From NCBI GenBank assembly GCA_963775805.1, contig CAVZKG010000002.1:454693-518692 (forward strand): 64,000 nt of DNA, read 5' to 3'. This stretch comes from an uncultured Verrucomicrobiae bacterium. Lineage in GTDB: Bacteria; Verrucomicrobiota; Verrucomicrobiia; Chthoniobacterales; JAFAMB01. Shown here one piece after another: positions 15,261 through 27,117 of the stretch; the first letter of the stretch is position 1, and each line of letters starts with the position of its first letter. The position numbers and the translations under genes were made by a program. Below the pieces are notes generated by a model. The model saw only the letters and a program-made list of their open reading frames with translations, was not told the DNA's origin and did no database searches.

Positions 15261-15464
15261 TTGGATTAGGAGGGTTGTGGGGTCGGGCGGCCGATCGTAC
15301 AGAACCTCGAAGTCGGAACTTCGTACGTGGAACCGATGAACGGTGAACGTCTTGTGTGGATGGCGAGCCCAAATCGAGTACGAGCACGCTCACGATCACG
15401 AGTACGATTGAAAAGAGGTTGCCTGAAAACCGAAAAGTGGGCAGGCGGGGACGCCTATCCTACA

Positions 15465-15540
15465 GAACTTCGAACTTCGAACTTTGAACTTTGAACTTTG
15501 AACGCCGAACGCCGAACGCCGAACGCCGAACGCCGAACGC
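15465..15540 (+). repeat. heptanucleotide tandem array (about 11 units in three variant blocks)
   Basis: The array is GAACTTC x2, GAACTTT x3, GAACGCC x5 plus a partial unit. It abuts the stop codon of the Lrp gene. A short version with the same block order occurs at 50959-50986. Confidence 0.9.
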
Positions 15541-16019
15541 TACTTCGCGGAAGGTTCGTCGCTGGTGCGCATCTGAAGAGGAGGGCCGCCGGATTCTTTG
15601 ATGGTGCAGAGAGAGATCGATGTGACGGTGCGTTCGACACCGCGAAATTCGCGGATCCTGGAGAGCAAACGACGAAGGGAGGCGGGGGAATCAGTCCGGA
15701 TTTTCAGCATGTAGCTGTCTTCGCCCGAGATATCATGGCACTCGAGGATGTTTAATTCCTCCAGTACAAAAGCTTCAAAGGCCTGTTCATCTTTTCCGGA
15801 GGCACTGATCATCACCCGGACAAATGCGAGTAAGGTTTGGTTGACTGCCAGCGGGTCGATGGAAGTGAGGTAACCGCGAATGACACCGTCGCGTTCCAGG
15901 CGCTTGATCCGAGCGTGCACGGCGGGGGCTGTCAATCCGAGCCGTTCTCCGACCGAAGCATGAGCCACGCGCGCATCATTTTGAATTAGAGATAATATCT
16001 CAAAATCGACCGAGTCCAT
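15540..16019 (-). CDS. Lrp/AsnC family transcriptional regulator
   Basis: It has an HTH (MDSVDFEILSLIQNDARVAHASVGERLGLTAPAVHARIKRLERDGVIRGY) and a RAM-like C-terminal domain. Confidence 0.85.
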   Translation of the reverse strand: MDSVDFEILSLIQNDARVAHASVGERLGLTAPAVHARIKRLERDGVIRGYLTSIDPLAVNQTLLAFVRVMISASGKDEQAFEAFVLEELNILECHDISGEDSYMLKIRTDSPASLRRLLSRIREFRGVERTVTSISLCTIKESGGPPLQMRTSDEPSAK

Positions 16020-16104
16020 TTACTTTATTAACTTTTTAAAACATAATCTCTTGTTGTGTTAAGCAATATTGACTAATCGATTAACAATATTAAATTGGCC
16101 AGCG

Positions 16105-16725
16105 ATGCTCCAATCCGGGGTTATATTTTTAAAAGGTTTTCTGACCTGTGCGAGTTTAATCGTAGCAATTGGCGCACAAAACAGCTTTGTACTGCGCCAG
16201 GGGATCTTGCGCAGGCATATTTTTTTAACTGCGGTGACCTGTGTGATCTGCGACGCGATTCTGATCTGTCTTGGGATTTTTGGTATTGGGGGCGTGGTCG
16301 CTCTGAGTCCATTTTTTGAGAAACTGATCTGCGTGGCGGGGATTCTTTTTTTGATCTGGTTTGGATTGCGGGCAGTGTTGAGAGCGTTTCAGGGATCTTC
16401 GAAGCTGGCAGTGGATGAAGTGGACGCGGGGTCGGCCCGGAGCACGATTCTGGCCGGTCTTGGCTTTAGCCTGTTAAATCCTCACGCGTATTTGGATACC
16501 GTGGTGCTCCTCGGAGGGATGGCGACCCGCTTTGATGGGAACGAACGGGCGAGTTTTGCCGGAGGTGCGGTCATGGCGTCGGCCTGCTGGTTTTTCATGG
16601 TTGCTTATGGGGCCCGCGCATTGTTGCCTGTTTTCCGCCAGCCGAAGGCTTGGGCAGCGTTCGACATCGGGATCGCTCTCGTCATGTGGTGGTTAGCATT
16701 TGGCCTGATTGGCCGGCTGGTTTAA
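16105..16725 (+). CDS. LysE/ArgO family amino acid exporter
   Basis: The start is the ATG at 16105 (MLQSGVIFLKGFLTCASLIVAIGAQNSFVLRQG...). It has six TM helices and is divergent from the Lrp-type regulator, a common pairing. Confidence 0.85.
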   Translation: MLQSGVIFLKGFLTCASLIVAIGAQNSFVLRQGILRRHIFLTAVTCVICDAILICLGIFGIGGVVALSPFFEKLICVAGILFLIWFGLRAVLRAFQGSSKLAVDEVDAGSARSTILAGLGFSLLNPHAYLDTVVLLGGMATRFDGNERASFAGGAVMASACWFFMVAYGARALLPVFRQPKAWAAFDIGIALVMWWLAFGLIGRLV

Positions 16726-16803
16726 CGTGAAAATCGAACGAGACAAAACGGTCCGTCCGATTTTCAAGCTGTGGACCGACTTGGAATGACAATTGAAGAT
16801 GCG

Positions 16804-16852
16804 CAGTCCGTGCGCATTTCTCACGGGTACGTGAGAAACGGGTTAGCGAAAC
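16804..16852 (+). repeat. REP-like hairpin repeat (catttctcac...gtgagaaa family)
   Basis: cagtccgtgcgcatttctcacgggtacgtgagaaacgggttagcg is about 85 percent identical by eye to 21806-21856. It has the 8-bp stem tttctcac/gtgagaaa and lies 3' of the exporter gene. Confidence 0.6.
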
Positions 16853-16876
16853 GTTCGAAGAAGGGGACCTTTTGGG

Positions 16877-17432
16877 CTATTCGATGTAGCGCGTCAGTCG
16901 GTCCCCGGCTCGAAGCAGGTAGATATATTTCCAAGCTGTCCGAAGACCTGCGCGATCGACTGATTGGACAGAGGTGATTTCGGGAAGGGGTCCAAACACC
17001 CAGTCGTGCCTGGCGATCCGCTTAAACACAGATTGACGAACACTTTCTCGATCGGCTGTCGGACGCAATTTGCTTCTCCCGTTTCAGTCCCTTTGCTCGG
17101 CTTCTGAGGCGTCGCGTTTTTGCGCGACGCCTCGATAATTCGCGATAAGGAACAAACAAAGGATGCAGCTCGATTGGATTTCCCCCCTCAGCTGGCCCTG
17201 CAAGAGCCCCGATCTCCTGCAGTGACGACCCACTCCAATCGAGCTGCGCTCCTTTATCTATCCCAGTTGATAGCCGAACGAGTTTTCCATTTAGCACCTC
17301 TTGTGCCAGCGCTAGAGGGTTTGCTGGGTGCCATGGGATCACCAGGATGAAAGTCGTTTTCCAGAGGCCGCGGCTCGCGAAACGCCCGAGCAATGGCAAA
17401 AACTCGCCATACAGTTGGCTTGGAACTCGCAT
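16877..17432 (-). pseudogene. two overlapping unassigned ORFs in different frames, possibly one frameshifted gene
   Basis: The ORFs 17432..17022 (136 aa) and 17068..16877 (63 aa) overlap by 47 nt in different frames. No family was recognised. They occupy most of an otherwise unassigned 880-bp gap. Confidence 0.2.
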
Positions 17433-17545
17433 TCATTTCTCAAACCCAGTGGGAAGAAGTCTGTTTTTATCCAGAGGCGCTTTGTTTCCTTGGCATAGCG
17501 CCGGATGTGTGGTTCGTGTCGTCTACCGCAGCGGTCTGATACTGA

Positions 17546-19615
<2,070 letters not shown>

Positions 19616-19630
19616 CTCTCGAGCTTTATG

Positions 19631-19695
19631 AGGCGTATAGGCCTCATGCGGCCTATGGGCCTCACGCGGCCTATGGGCCTAATGGTCGTATGGGC
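19631..19695 (+). repeat. degenerate ~18-bp tandem repeat (gcggcctatgggcctcac-like)
   Basis: The sequence is aggcgtataggcctcatgcg gcctatgggcctcacgcg gcctatgggcctaatggtc gtatgggc. It shares the cgtatgggc motif with 849-910. Confidence 0.7.
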
Positions 19696-19894
19696 TGATG
19701 ATTTCAACGGCGACGAACGGACGATTTTTTGCCTGATCGATTCGGAGAGCTAGTCTGAACGAAAGCCTTCACGGTCGGCCCGAACGAATGTCGGTTTGTG
19801 CGGCGCAAGCAGGTGGATCATTCGAGTGTCTTGCAACGGATGCGCAATCACTTGACTTCCGGGGGTGTCTCGCCTAAGGCCTAGGGAATTTTGC

Positions 19895-20638
19895 ATGTCC
19901 AATCTTGAATCGGGAGGCGGGCAGCCCAAATATCGACGGATCGTGCTGAAGCTAAGCGGCGAAGCGCTTCGCGAACCCGGAAGCCATGAAGCGATCTCGC
20001 CGATCATTGTCACCGATATTGCCAAACAGATCCTCCAGGTCCGCAACCTCGGGGTCGAAATCGCGGTGGTCATCGGTGGTGGAAATATCTGGAGAGGTCT
20101 CAGCGCCAGTCATCGCGGTATGGATCGTACGACAGCCGATTACATGGGGATGCTGGCGACCGTTATCAACGGGATGGCCCTCCAAAGCGCACTGGAACAG
20201 ATCGGCCTCGTGACCCGTCTTCAGACAGCGATTGAAATGGCGAATGTCGCCGAACCATTTATCCTGCGTCGCGCCATCCGCCATCTTGAACTTGGCCGGG
20301 TGGTCATTTTTGGCGCGGGCACAGGGAATCCATTTTTCTCGACCGACACGACGGCGGCGTTACGAGCGAGCGAGATCCGAGCTGAGGCAATATTGAAAGC
20401 GACCAAGGTCGACGGGATATACGACAGCGACCCCAAGACAAACCCGAATGCGGTTCGGTATGAGACGATCACCTACGGCGAGGCCTTGGTGAAGCGGCTG
20501 AAGATCATGGATTCAACCGCGTTCAGTCTTTGTATGGACAACAAGGTTCCGATAATCGTTTTCGATATGTCCGTACCTGAAAATATCAAAAAGGTGGTTT
20601 GCGGGGAGACAGTGGGTACGCTAGTGACGGCAGATTGA
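19895..20638 (+). CDS. pyrH: UMP kinase
   Basis: The start is the ATG at 19895 ([25 protein letters not shown]). It carries [10 protein letters not shown] and [16 protein letters not shown] motifs. Confidence 0.95.
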   Translation: MSNLESGGGQPKYRRIVLKLSGEALREPGSHEAISPIIVTDIAKQILQVRNLGVEIAVVIGGGNIWRGLSASHRGMDRTTADYMGMLATVINGMALQSALEQIGLVTRLQTAIEMANVAEPFILRRAIRHLELGRVVIFGAGTGNPFFSTDTTAALRASEIRAEAILKATKVDGIYDSDPKTNPNAVRYETITYGEALVKRLKIMDSTAFSLCMDNKVPIIVFDMSVPENIKKVVCGETVGTLVTAD

Positions 20639-20703
20639 ACCGAGGGTTCGACGATTACTCGAAGATGGTGACGTGACTAATCGGTGAACAGAAAGAGCTT
20701 TTT

Positions 20704-21264
20704 ATGAAAGGTGACGATATTCTACTCGAGGCGGAGGAGGCGATGGAGAAGGGTGTGGATTACATGCTCCACGAATTTGCCGCGGTGCGAACTGGAAAGG
20801 CTTCGCCGGCGTTGGTTGAAAATATCGATGTCGAAGCCTACAGCACCTCGATGAAATTGAAGCAGTTGGCTCTGATCTCGACGCCGGAACCGCGGTTACT
20901 GCTGATCCAGCCTTTTGATGCTTCTGTGACTAAAGATATCGAGAGGGCGTTAAAGGAATCGAAAATCGGGATCACGCCGGCGGTGGATGGCAAGCTGATT
21001 CGATTGCCAATTCCGGAACTCTCGGAAGAGCGTCGCAAGGAACTGGTCAAAACCGTGCGTCATATGGCCGAAGAAGCCCGGGTCCGGATCCGGAGCAGTC
21101 GCAGGGCGGGGATCGACGGGGTCAAGAAAATCGAAAAGGAAGGCGAAATCACGGAAGATGAACGCCACGATCTGGAACAGGAAATCCAAAAACTGACAGA
21201 TAAATACGTGAAAGAAGTCGACTCGCACACCGAAACAAAAGAAGTCGATATCATGAGAGTATGA
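20704..21264 (+). CDS. frr: ribosome recycling factor
   Basis: It is 186 aa with a typical Frr sequence (VRTGKASPALVENIDVEAYS...LIRLPIPELSEERRKELVK). Confidence 0.95.
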   Translation: MKGDDILLEAEEAMEKGVDYMLHEFAAVRTGKASPALVENIDVEAYSTSMKLKQLALISTPEPRLLLIQPFDASVTKDIERALKESKIGITPAVDGKLIRLPIPELSEERRKELVKTVRHMAEEARVRIRSSRRAGIDGVKKIEKEGEITEDERHDLEQEIQKLTDKYVKEVDSHTETKEVDIMRV

Positions 21265-21788
21265 CCCGCGTTTGGACCTGCCTTATTTCTGCCGTTTGTT
21301 GTTTGATTTCAATCACCGCCTCCGGGCAGTCTCCGAAAGCAAGAGCGGGAACTCCGCCGCCTCCTTCGGTTCCCAGACCGGCTCCGAATTTTCTCTGGAG
21401 CGGCATCAATGGGAAAGTCCGCAGTCTTCGTGATCTGCGAGGACATCCGGTGGTGCTCATTTTTGCTGAAAATCCGACTCAGAAAGTCTTTATCAAGCAG
21501 GTCAGGGAGCTAAACCGCCGTTCGCGACAATTGACATCGCGGTACACGCTGTTTTTTGTCGCATTTACCAGGGAAACAGGGGCTGTGTTACGGACAGAAA
21601 TTCCATTCGTGATTCTTCCTGATCCCGGCTCTACCGCTGACGCCTATCGGGTCGGAGATTTCGGGATAGCGATTATCAGTCCGGACGGGAATGTCGACTA
21701 CGCGACCGATCATTGGATAACGGGGCAGCGGGTCCTTGATGTGATCGTCAACAGTTACGAGTCGCAGGTCCACGGACGCCGGCTTTAG
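21261..21788 (+). CDS. secreted thioredoxin-fold (redoxin/TlpA-like) protein lacking the CxxC motif
   Basis: It has a signal peptide and a redoxin-like core (PAPNFLWSGINGKVRSLRDLRGHPVVLIFAENPTQKVF). The usual WCxxC position reads ENPTQK. The start overlaps the frr stop (ATGA). Confidence 0.5.
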   Translation: MTRVWTCLISAVCCLISITASGQSPKARAGTPPPPSVPRPAPNFLWSGINGKVRSLRDLRGHPVVLIFAENPTQKVFIKQVRELNRRSRQLTSRYTLFFVAFTRETGAVLRTEIPFVILPDPGSTADAYRVGDFGIAIISPDGNVDYATDHWITGQRVLDVIVNSYESQVHGRRL

Positions 21789-21805
21789 CGAACGCGAATG
21801 TCTGC

Positions 21806-21856
21806 ACTCCGTGTGCATTTCTCAAGGGGACGTGAGAAATGCGGGCTAGCGGGCCA
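21806..21856 (+). repeat. REP-like hairpin repeat, second copy of the 16804-16852 family
   Basis: The sequence is cactccgtgtgcatttctcaaggggacgtgagaaatgcgggctagcggg. The stem is gcatttctca/tgagaaatgc. It lies immediately 3' of the redoxin-like gene. Confidence 0.6.
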
Positions 21857-21928
21857 AGGCGCCCGTCAGACTTAAGCGGAATGCAGTCTTTGAGGCAGTG
21901 ACTTGCGATTGCGTGAAAAGGAGTTTGA

Positions 21929-22891
21929 ATGGCCGGCCATCGGTACGGGAGGATCGCTTTGTTTCAGAATCTTGCGAGCGGGTCTCTCAAACCGGAGTCG
22001 CATCGCCGGGTGCTTGAACGTCTGGAATCGATTGGCGATTCCGTGCTGGAAGTCACGGTTGAGCCGGCTCTCAACTTGGCCGCGAGAGCTGCGGAGATCG
22101 CTGGGGAGAAGTATGACCTTGTCGTTGTTGCTGGTGGGGATGGAACGGTCCGGGAAGTTGCCGGAGCGCTCGTGCAGACCGATATACCGCTGGCAATTGT
22201 CCCCTTGGGAACGTTCAATAATTTGGCACTCAGCCTGAAACTCCCGGCAGATACCGATGCGGTTTGTGACTTGATCGAGGCCGGCTTGACCCGGCAGATC
22301 GATGTCGGGATCGCGGACAGTCGTCATCCATTTTTTGAAGGCGCCGGTGTTGGTGTTGACGCGGATTTGTTCCCGATCGGAGAAGAAATGAAAAGCGGCC
22401 GGTTTCATGGTATCGGTCGTGCCCTGGAACTAGCACTCTTCCATCGGCAAGCCTCCCTTGAACTACGATTCGACCGCCCGGTGGCCGCTGCTTACAAACA
22501 TTCTTTCCTGGGCGCCGCCCCTCTTAGACGCCGCCGGCACCGGTTTCTCGGCCTCAAAACAAGAGTCCGCTTGCGCTGTTCGTTTGTGGCGATTGGCAAC
22601 GGGCCATATTACGGAGGGAATTTCAATGTCTGCCCGGGAGCGATCCTTGACGACGGACTTTTCTCGATCGCGGTTTATCGAGATTTCAGCAAGCTCGAGT
22701 TGCTACGTCATTTCTGGGCGATCAGTGGCGGGCATCGGCATTACAATCCGAAGATGGAAATGTTCACCGTTCAAAGCGTGGAAATCTGGTCTGGAAAACG
22801 TTTGTCGGTGCACGTGGACGGGCATTCGATCGGCACGACTCCGGTCCGGTTCGAGGTCCTTCCGAAAGCGCTAAAGGTCATTACGGGTTGA
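21929..22891 (+). CDS. diacylglycerol/lipid kinase family protein (YegS/BmrU-like)
   Basis: It has an RBS aaaggag and the DAGK catalytic motif VVVAGGDGTVREVAGAL...LAIVPLGTFNNLA. Confidence 0.8.
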   Translation: MAGHRYGRIALFQNLASGSLKPESHRRVLERLESIGDSVLEVTVEPALNLAARAAEIAGEKYDLVVVAGGDGTVREVAGALVQTDIPLAIVPLGTFNNLALSLKLPADTDAVCDLIEAGLTRQIDVGIADSRHPFFEGAGVGVDADLFPIGEEMKSGRFHGIGRALELALFHRQASLELRFDRPVAAAYKHSFLGAAPLRRRRHRFLGLKTRVRLRCSFVAIGNGPYYGGNFNVCPGAILDDGLFSIAVYRDFSKLELLRHFWAISGGHRHYNPKMEMFTVQSVEIWSGKRLSVHVDGHSIGTTPVRFEVLPKALKVITG

Positions 22892-23837
22892 GAACCGCCA
22901 ACGCGGCGCGGGCGGCGGCGGTGCGCGTTTCCACCCCGAGCTTCATGAACAGATTGTTCGCGTGTTTCTTTACCGTGTTGATTGACGATTCGAGAATGAT
23001 CGCTATTTCGGGATTCGTTTTTCCTTCTGCTATCCAATACAGAACTTCCGCTTCGCGTGCGGTCAATCCGAGCGCGAGCAATGCCTTGGGTCCTTTATCG
23101 CCGTTTCGATACTCGATTCGCATCATCGAGAGGTTGGCGGAATTTGCGATTGGGAACCGTGCAATTTCAATTTCGCCGCGTTTTTTGTCCACCACGTTCA
23201 TAGGCACGTGATTGTTCCCCAGGGTGAGCCAGGAACGAACCTCCGCTGGCAGCCGATGAATCGTGCCGGATGGGAAAAAAGCGCTTAGGAGCAGTTGCGC
23301 CTGGCGTGTCGCAAAGAGTATCACCCCTTCTTGATCGGAGACCAGAACCGCTTGTTCCAGGGAAGCCTCCAGCTGTTTCTCCGCGTCGAGCCGAAGTTCG
23401 ATTTCTTCTGCGAGAAGTTCGTTCTTTTGGATGAGACTACGATTCGCTGATTCCAGTTCGGATTGCAGCTCACGTATCTGCAGGTGGATGTTCAAGCGAG
23501 CCAGGACCTCTGCCGGTTGAATGGGCTTCGTGAGAAAATCAACCGCCCCAGCTTCGAACGCTGCGAGCTTGCTCGAAAGCTCGTCGGCAGCAGTCATCAT
23601 CAGGATCGGAATATGTTTCCAGGCCTCCTCGGCCTTAATCCTTCGACAAGTCTCGATTCCATCCATCCCCGGCATCATCAGGTCGAGAAGGATCAGATCC
23701 GGGAGTTCGCGCTTCAGTTGTTCGATTCCGCGGCATCCGCTATCAGCGACCAGGACGCGATAACCCGATTCGTGCAACAACCCAAGCAGAACGTCCACGT
23801 TCGCCGGGATATCGTCTACCGCCATGACGGTTTTCAT
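22881..23837 (-). CDS. response regulator with a central coiled coil/unknown domain and a C-terminal LuxR-type HTH
   Basis: It has a REC domain (VMAVDDIPANV...ILLDLMMPGMDG...MMTA) and a C-terminal LTAREAEVLYWIAEGKTNPEIAIILESSINTVKKHANNLFMKLGV. Confidence 0.85.
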   Translation of the reverse strand: MKTVMAVDDIPANVDVLLGLLHESGYRVLVADSGCRGIEQLKRELPDLILLDLMMPGMDGIETCRRIKAEEAWKHIPILMMTAADELSSKLAAFEAGAVDFLTKPIQPAEVLARLNIHLQIRELQSELESANRSLIQKNELLAEEIELRLDAEKQLEASLEQAVLVSDQEGVILFATRQAQLLLSAFFPSGTIHRLPAEVRSWLTLGNNHVPMNVVDKKRGEIEIARFPIANSANLSMMRIEYRNGDKGPKALLALGLTAREAEVLYWIAEGKTNPEIAIILESSINTVKKHANNLFMKLGVETRTAAARAALAVLNP

Positions 23838-24210
23838 CAGGATTCCTGGTTTAGGTGGAATACGTTTTGCGTCCGTTCAGGAAAGGTTTCGGCGTAATCG
23901 ATTACTAAGGCTTGGGTTGGAGGATTCATTGAGAAGAGGAGAGAATGTCAGCCGGGGCGCATGCCTCTGTGGCAAATCGGTTCCATGATTCTGTGCGCCC
24001 TGATGGTTTGCACATTGTCACCGATTGAACGGGCGTAGTCTCTAACCCGTTCGTAGTAGATTTGAAGATTTATTCCGGGTACGAGCAGTAGTTCGCAAAT
24101 ATTCTGGGAGAGATGAATCGCGCGGCGCTGCGGTGCAAGTCGCGGTCATACTTTCCCCGGGGGAATTCCAGTTGATTTACCGGTTATGTCGACCGATTTT
24201 TGGTTCCCTT

Positions 24211-25581
24211 ATGACGCTGACCGAGAAGATATTAGCCAGAGCGAGCGGCCGAACCGGCGTGGATGCCGGAGACAATGTTTGGGTCAATGCGGACATCCTG
24301 CTCACTCACGATGTGTGTGGACCGGGCAGCATCGGGGTATTCAAACGTGAATTCGGCCAGAACGCCAAGGTCTGGGATCCAACCAAAATCGTCATCATTC
24401 CTGACCACTATATCTTTACGGCAGACAGGCTTTCCAATCGGAACGTCGATGTTCTCCGGGATTTCGCGAAGGAGCAGGGGCTTCCCTATTTTTACGATGT
24501 CATTGACGACCCGAACGGACATTGGACGTTCAACGCGGCTCGTGGTCAACTCGGGCGTCAGCATGGCTCGCGGTACCAAGGGGTTTGTCATGCAGCTCTT
24601 CCTCAACGTGGGCACGCGCGCCCTGGTGAAGTGTTGTTTGGGACTGATTCGCACACCTGCATGGCTGGAGCTTTCGGCGAATTTGCGACCGGCATCGGCA
24701 ACACGGACGCAGGTTTTATTTTGGGGACCGGCAAATTGTTGGTCAAGGTGCCGGAAACGATGCGCTTTTACCTGGAAGGCGAATTGCCGAAAGGTGTGAT
24801 GGCGAAGGATGTTATTCTCAATGTTATCGGTGATATCGGTTTCGACGGTGCGACCTACCGGGCAATGCAGTGGGAAGGTCCGGGTGCCTCAGCGCTAAGC
24901 ATTGACGACCGCATGACGATCGCGAATATGGCGATCGAAGCCGGAGGCAAAAACGGAATATTTCCCGCCGACGCGAAGACGTTTGCGTATGTCGATGAAC
25001 GTGCGCGGCTCAACGGTACAAAAGCGACCTATGAACCGGTCGAACTCGACAAAGAGCAGAACCTGATTTTCGACAAGGTCTATGATCTTTCGAAACTCGA
25101 GCCGACTGTTGCGATGCATCCGAATCCGGGTAACCGAGCATTGGCAAAAGCGCTGGAGCACGTGCGTCTGGATCGCGCATATATCGGGTCCTGCACCGGT
25201 GGCAAGACGAGCGATTTTGTGGCGTTTGCAGAGGTCGTAAACGGCAAGCACGTGCAGATCGAAACCTACGGGGTGCCTGCGACATCGGAAGTAGTCAACG
25301 AATTGAAGCAAGCGCGGCTGGGCAGTGCTGCGGTCTGGGATGTCCTCGTCGACGCCGGTGTCCGAATGACCGAGAATGCCTCGTGCGCTGCTTGTCTGGG
25401 TGGTCCGCAGGATACATTCGGCCGGTTAAATACGCCTCTAACCTGCATCAGTGCGACGAATCGCAACTTCCCGGGACGAATGGGCAGCAAGGAATCCAAA
25501 GTCTATCTGGCGAGCCCGTACACGGTTGCAGCTTCGGCTCTCACGGGTCGAGTGACAGACCCTCGTGAATACATTGGTTGA
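24211..25581 (+). CDS. leuC: 3-isopropylmalate/homoaconitate dehydratase large subunit (aconitase family, archaeal-type LeuC/HacA)
   Basis: The start is the ATG at 24211 (MTLTEKILARASG...). It has aconitase motifs: LLTHDVCGPG, GTDSHTCMAGAFG and Fe-S Cys ligands (IGSCTGG, CAACLG). Confidence 0.8.
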   Translation: MTLTEKILARASGRTGVDAGDNVWVNADILLTHDVCGPGSIGVFKREFGQNAKVWDPTKIVIIPDHYIFTADRLSNRNVDVLRDFAKEQGLPYFYDVIDDPNGHWTFNAARGQLGRQHGSRYQGVCHAALPQRGHARPGEVLFGTDSHTCMAGAFGEFATGIGNTDAGFILGTGKLLVKVPETMRFYLEGELPKGVMAKDVILNVIGDIGFDGATYRAMQWEGPGASALSIDDRMTIANMAIEAGGKNGIFPADAKTFAYVDERARLNGTKATYEPVELDKEQNLIFDKVYDLSKLEPTVAMHPNPGNRALAKALEHVRLDRAYIGSCTGGKTSDFVAFAEVVNGKHVQIETYGVPATSEVVNELKQARLGSAAVWDVLVDAGVRMTENASCAACLGGPQDTFGRLNTPLTCISATNRNFPGRMGSKESKVYLASPYTVAASALTGRVTDPREYIG

Positions 25582-25586
25582 CCGAT

Positions 25587-26132
25587 ATGCCAAACAAACT
25601 CACAAGTCCGGTTTATGTGGTGTCTGACAACATTGACACCGACCAGATTATTCCTGCGCAGTACCTGACACTCGTGCCGACGATTCCAGACGAGTACGAG
25701 AAACTCGGTTCCTACGCGATGGTTGGACTTCCAGACGAACTCTATCCAATTCAGTTTATAACCGCAGGAACGGCTAAGACCGATTATAAGATCATCGTTG
25801 CCGGCAAAAATTTTGGCTGCGGGAGCTCACGCGAGCACGCGCCGATCGCGCTCGGCGCGGCCGGAGTCGACGCGGTTATTGCCGAATCTTATGCGCGGAT
25901 TTTTTTCCGCAACAGCGTTGCCACCGGCGAGCTCTATCCGTACGAAGCGCGTGAGCGGTTGATCGACACAGTGAAGACCGGCGATGTCGCCACGCTCGAT
26001 TTCGATAACGACACTCTTGAGATCAACGGGACCGTTCATCAACTGAAACCGATGGGTGACGTGCGACCGGTGATTGACGCCGGCGGGTTATTCAATTACG
26101 CCCGACAAACAGGCATGATCGCCAAGAGTTGA
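25587..26132 (+). CDS. leuD: 3-isopropylmalate/homoaconitate dehydratase small subunit
   Basis: It has the swivel-domain pattern [14 protein letters not shown]...[14 protein letters not shown]...[11 protein letters not shown]. The ATG at 25587 lies just after the large-subunit stop. Confidence 0.8.
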   Translation: MPNKLTSPVYVVSDNIDTDQIIPAQYLTLVPTIPDEYEKLGSYAMVGLPDELYPIQFITAGTAKTDYKIIVAGKNFGCGSSREHAPIALGAAGVDAVIAESYARIFFRNSVATGELYPYEARERLIDTVKTGDVATLDFDNDTLEINGTVHQLKPMGDVRPVIDAGGLFNYARQTGMIAKS

Positions 26133-26178
26133 TCGGGCCCTAAAGCGATTTTCGGTCGGTGTTCGCTTCATCCGTTGC

Positions 26179-27117
26179 ATGAAGATTTCGATCATCACTG
26201 CGTCACTGAATCGGAAAGAGTTCATTGGTGCGGCGATCGAGAGCGTTCTGGCTCAGAAGTTTGCGGATTTCGAGCACTGGATTATTGACGGTGGATCCAC
26301 CGATGGCACTCTGGAATACCTGAAGCAGTACCCGCATTTGAAGGTGGTGTCGGAGCCGGATCGCGGGGTGTACGACGCGTGGAACAAGGGGATTGATCGG
26401 GTAACCGGGGACTTGGTTGGGATTCTGAACAGCGACGACGTCTACGCGGCTCATGCGTTTGAGAATTGCGCGAGACTTATAGCCAGATCACCATTTGCTC
26501 AGGTGGTATCGGGTGGTTGCCAGATATTTCGAAAAGGGCCTCGAAGCAACGAGATCGAGATGCATCGATATCAGGATCCTTCGCGATATCGTCTTTCTCT
26601 TCGGAATGCGACGCTTGGTTTGCCGATCATCAACGGCCGGTTTTTTCGGCGTTCGGTATTTGAAAGATTCGGGCGATTTAACCTCGATTATCCGGTCGCC
26701 TCGGATCGGGAGTTTTTGATCAGGATGTCGCTGGCGGGAACGACGGATGTTTGTTCGTCCGAAGTCTTCTATCGCTATCTTTGGCATAGCGGTTCTCTCA
26801 CGATGAACGCGGGGAACAAGACCATGCTGAATGGTATTGAGGATGGTCTGAAGATTGTCCGTGCAACGCGTGAGAACAACAGGTTGCGGAACGAAGCGGA
26901 TGAGGACCTTCGCGATTGGCGCCGTGAACTCCTTGCCACGAGAGTGATGGTTTACGCGGTGATGAAGGAAAGAGGGAAGACATTCGAGCTGGCAAAAGAG
27001 GCGATGGCGACTGATCCCTCCTGGCTGTTTGCTTTTGTACGTTGTGGGACACTCGCCGCGGCCCGCCGTGCGCGAACCAAGCTCCGCACCTGGCGCGAAA
27101 ACTGGAAAGCAAGGTGA
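26179..27117 (+). CDS. glycosyltransferase family 2
   Basis: MKISIITASLNRKEFIGAAIESVLAQKF..WIIDGGSTDGT...NSDDVY is the GT2 (GT-A) signature with DxD. Confidence 0.85.
   Translation: MKISIITASLNRKEFIGAAIESVLAQKFADFEHWIIDGGSTDGTLEYLKQYPHLKVVSEPDRGVYDAWNKGIDRVTGDLVGILNSDDVYAAHAFENCARLIARSPFAQVVSGGCQIFRKGPRSNEIEMHRYQDPSRYRLSLRNATLGLPIINGRFFRRSVFERFGRFNLDYPVASDREFLIRMSLAGTTDVCSSEVFYRYLWHSGSLTMNAGNKTMLNGIEDGLKIVRATRENNRLRNEADEDLRDWRRELLATRVMVYAVMKERGKTFELAKEAMATDPSWLFAFVRCGTLAAARRARTKLRTWRENWKAR

Noticed and set aside
23838-24210. 370-nt leader upstream of the LeuC-type gene as a possible leucine attenuator, T-box or riboswitch
   Set aside because: I could find no Leu-codon-rich leader peptide, no T-box specifier/antiterminator pattern and no recognisable riboswitch core by eye. 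It was left unassigned.
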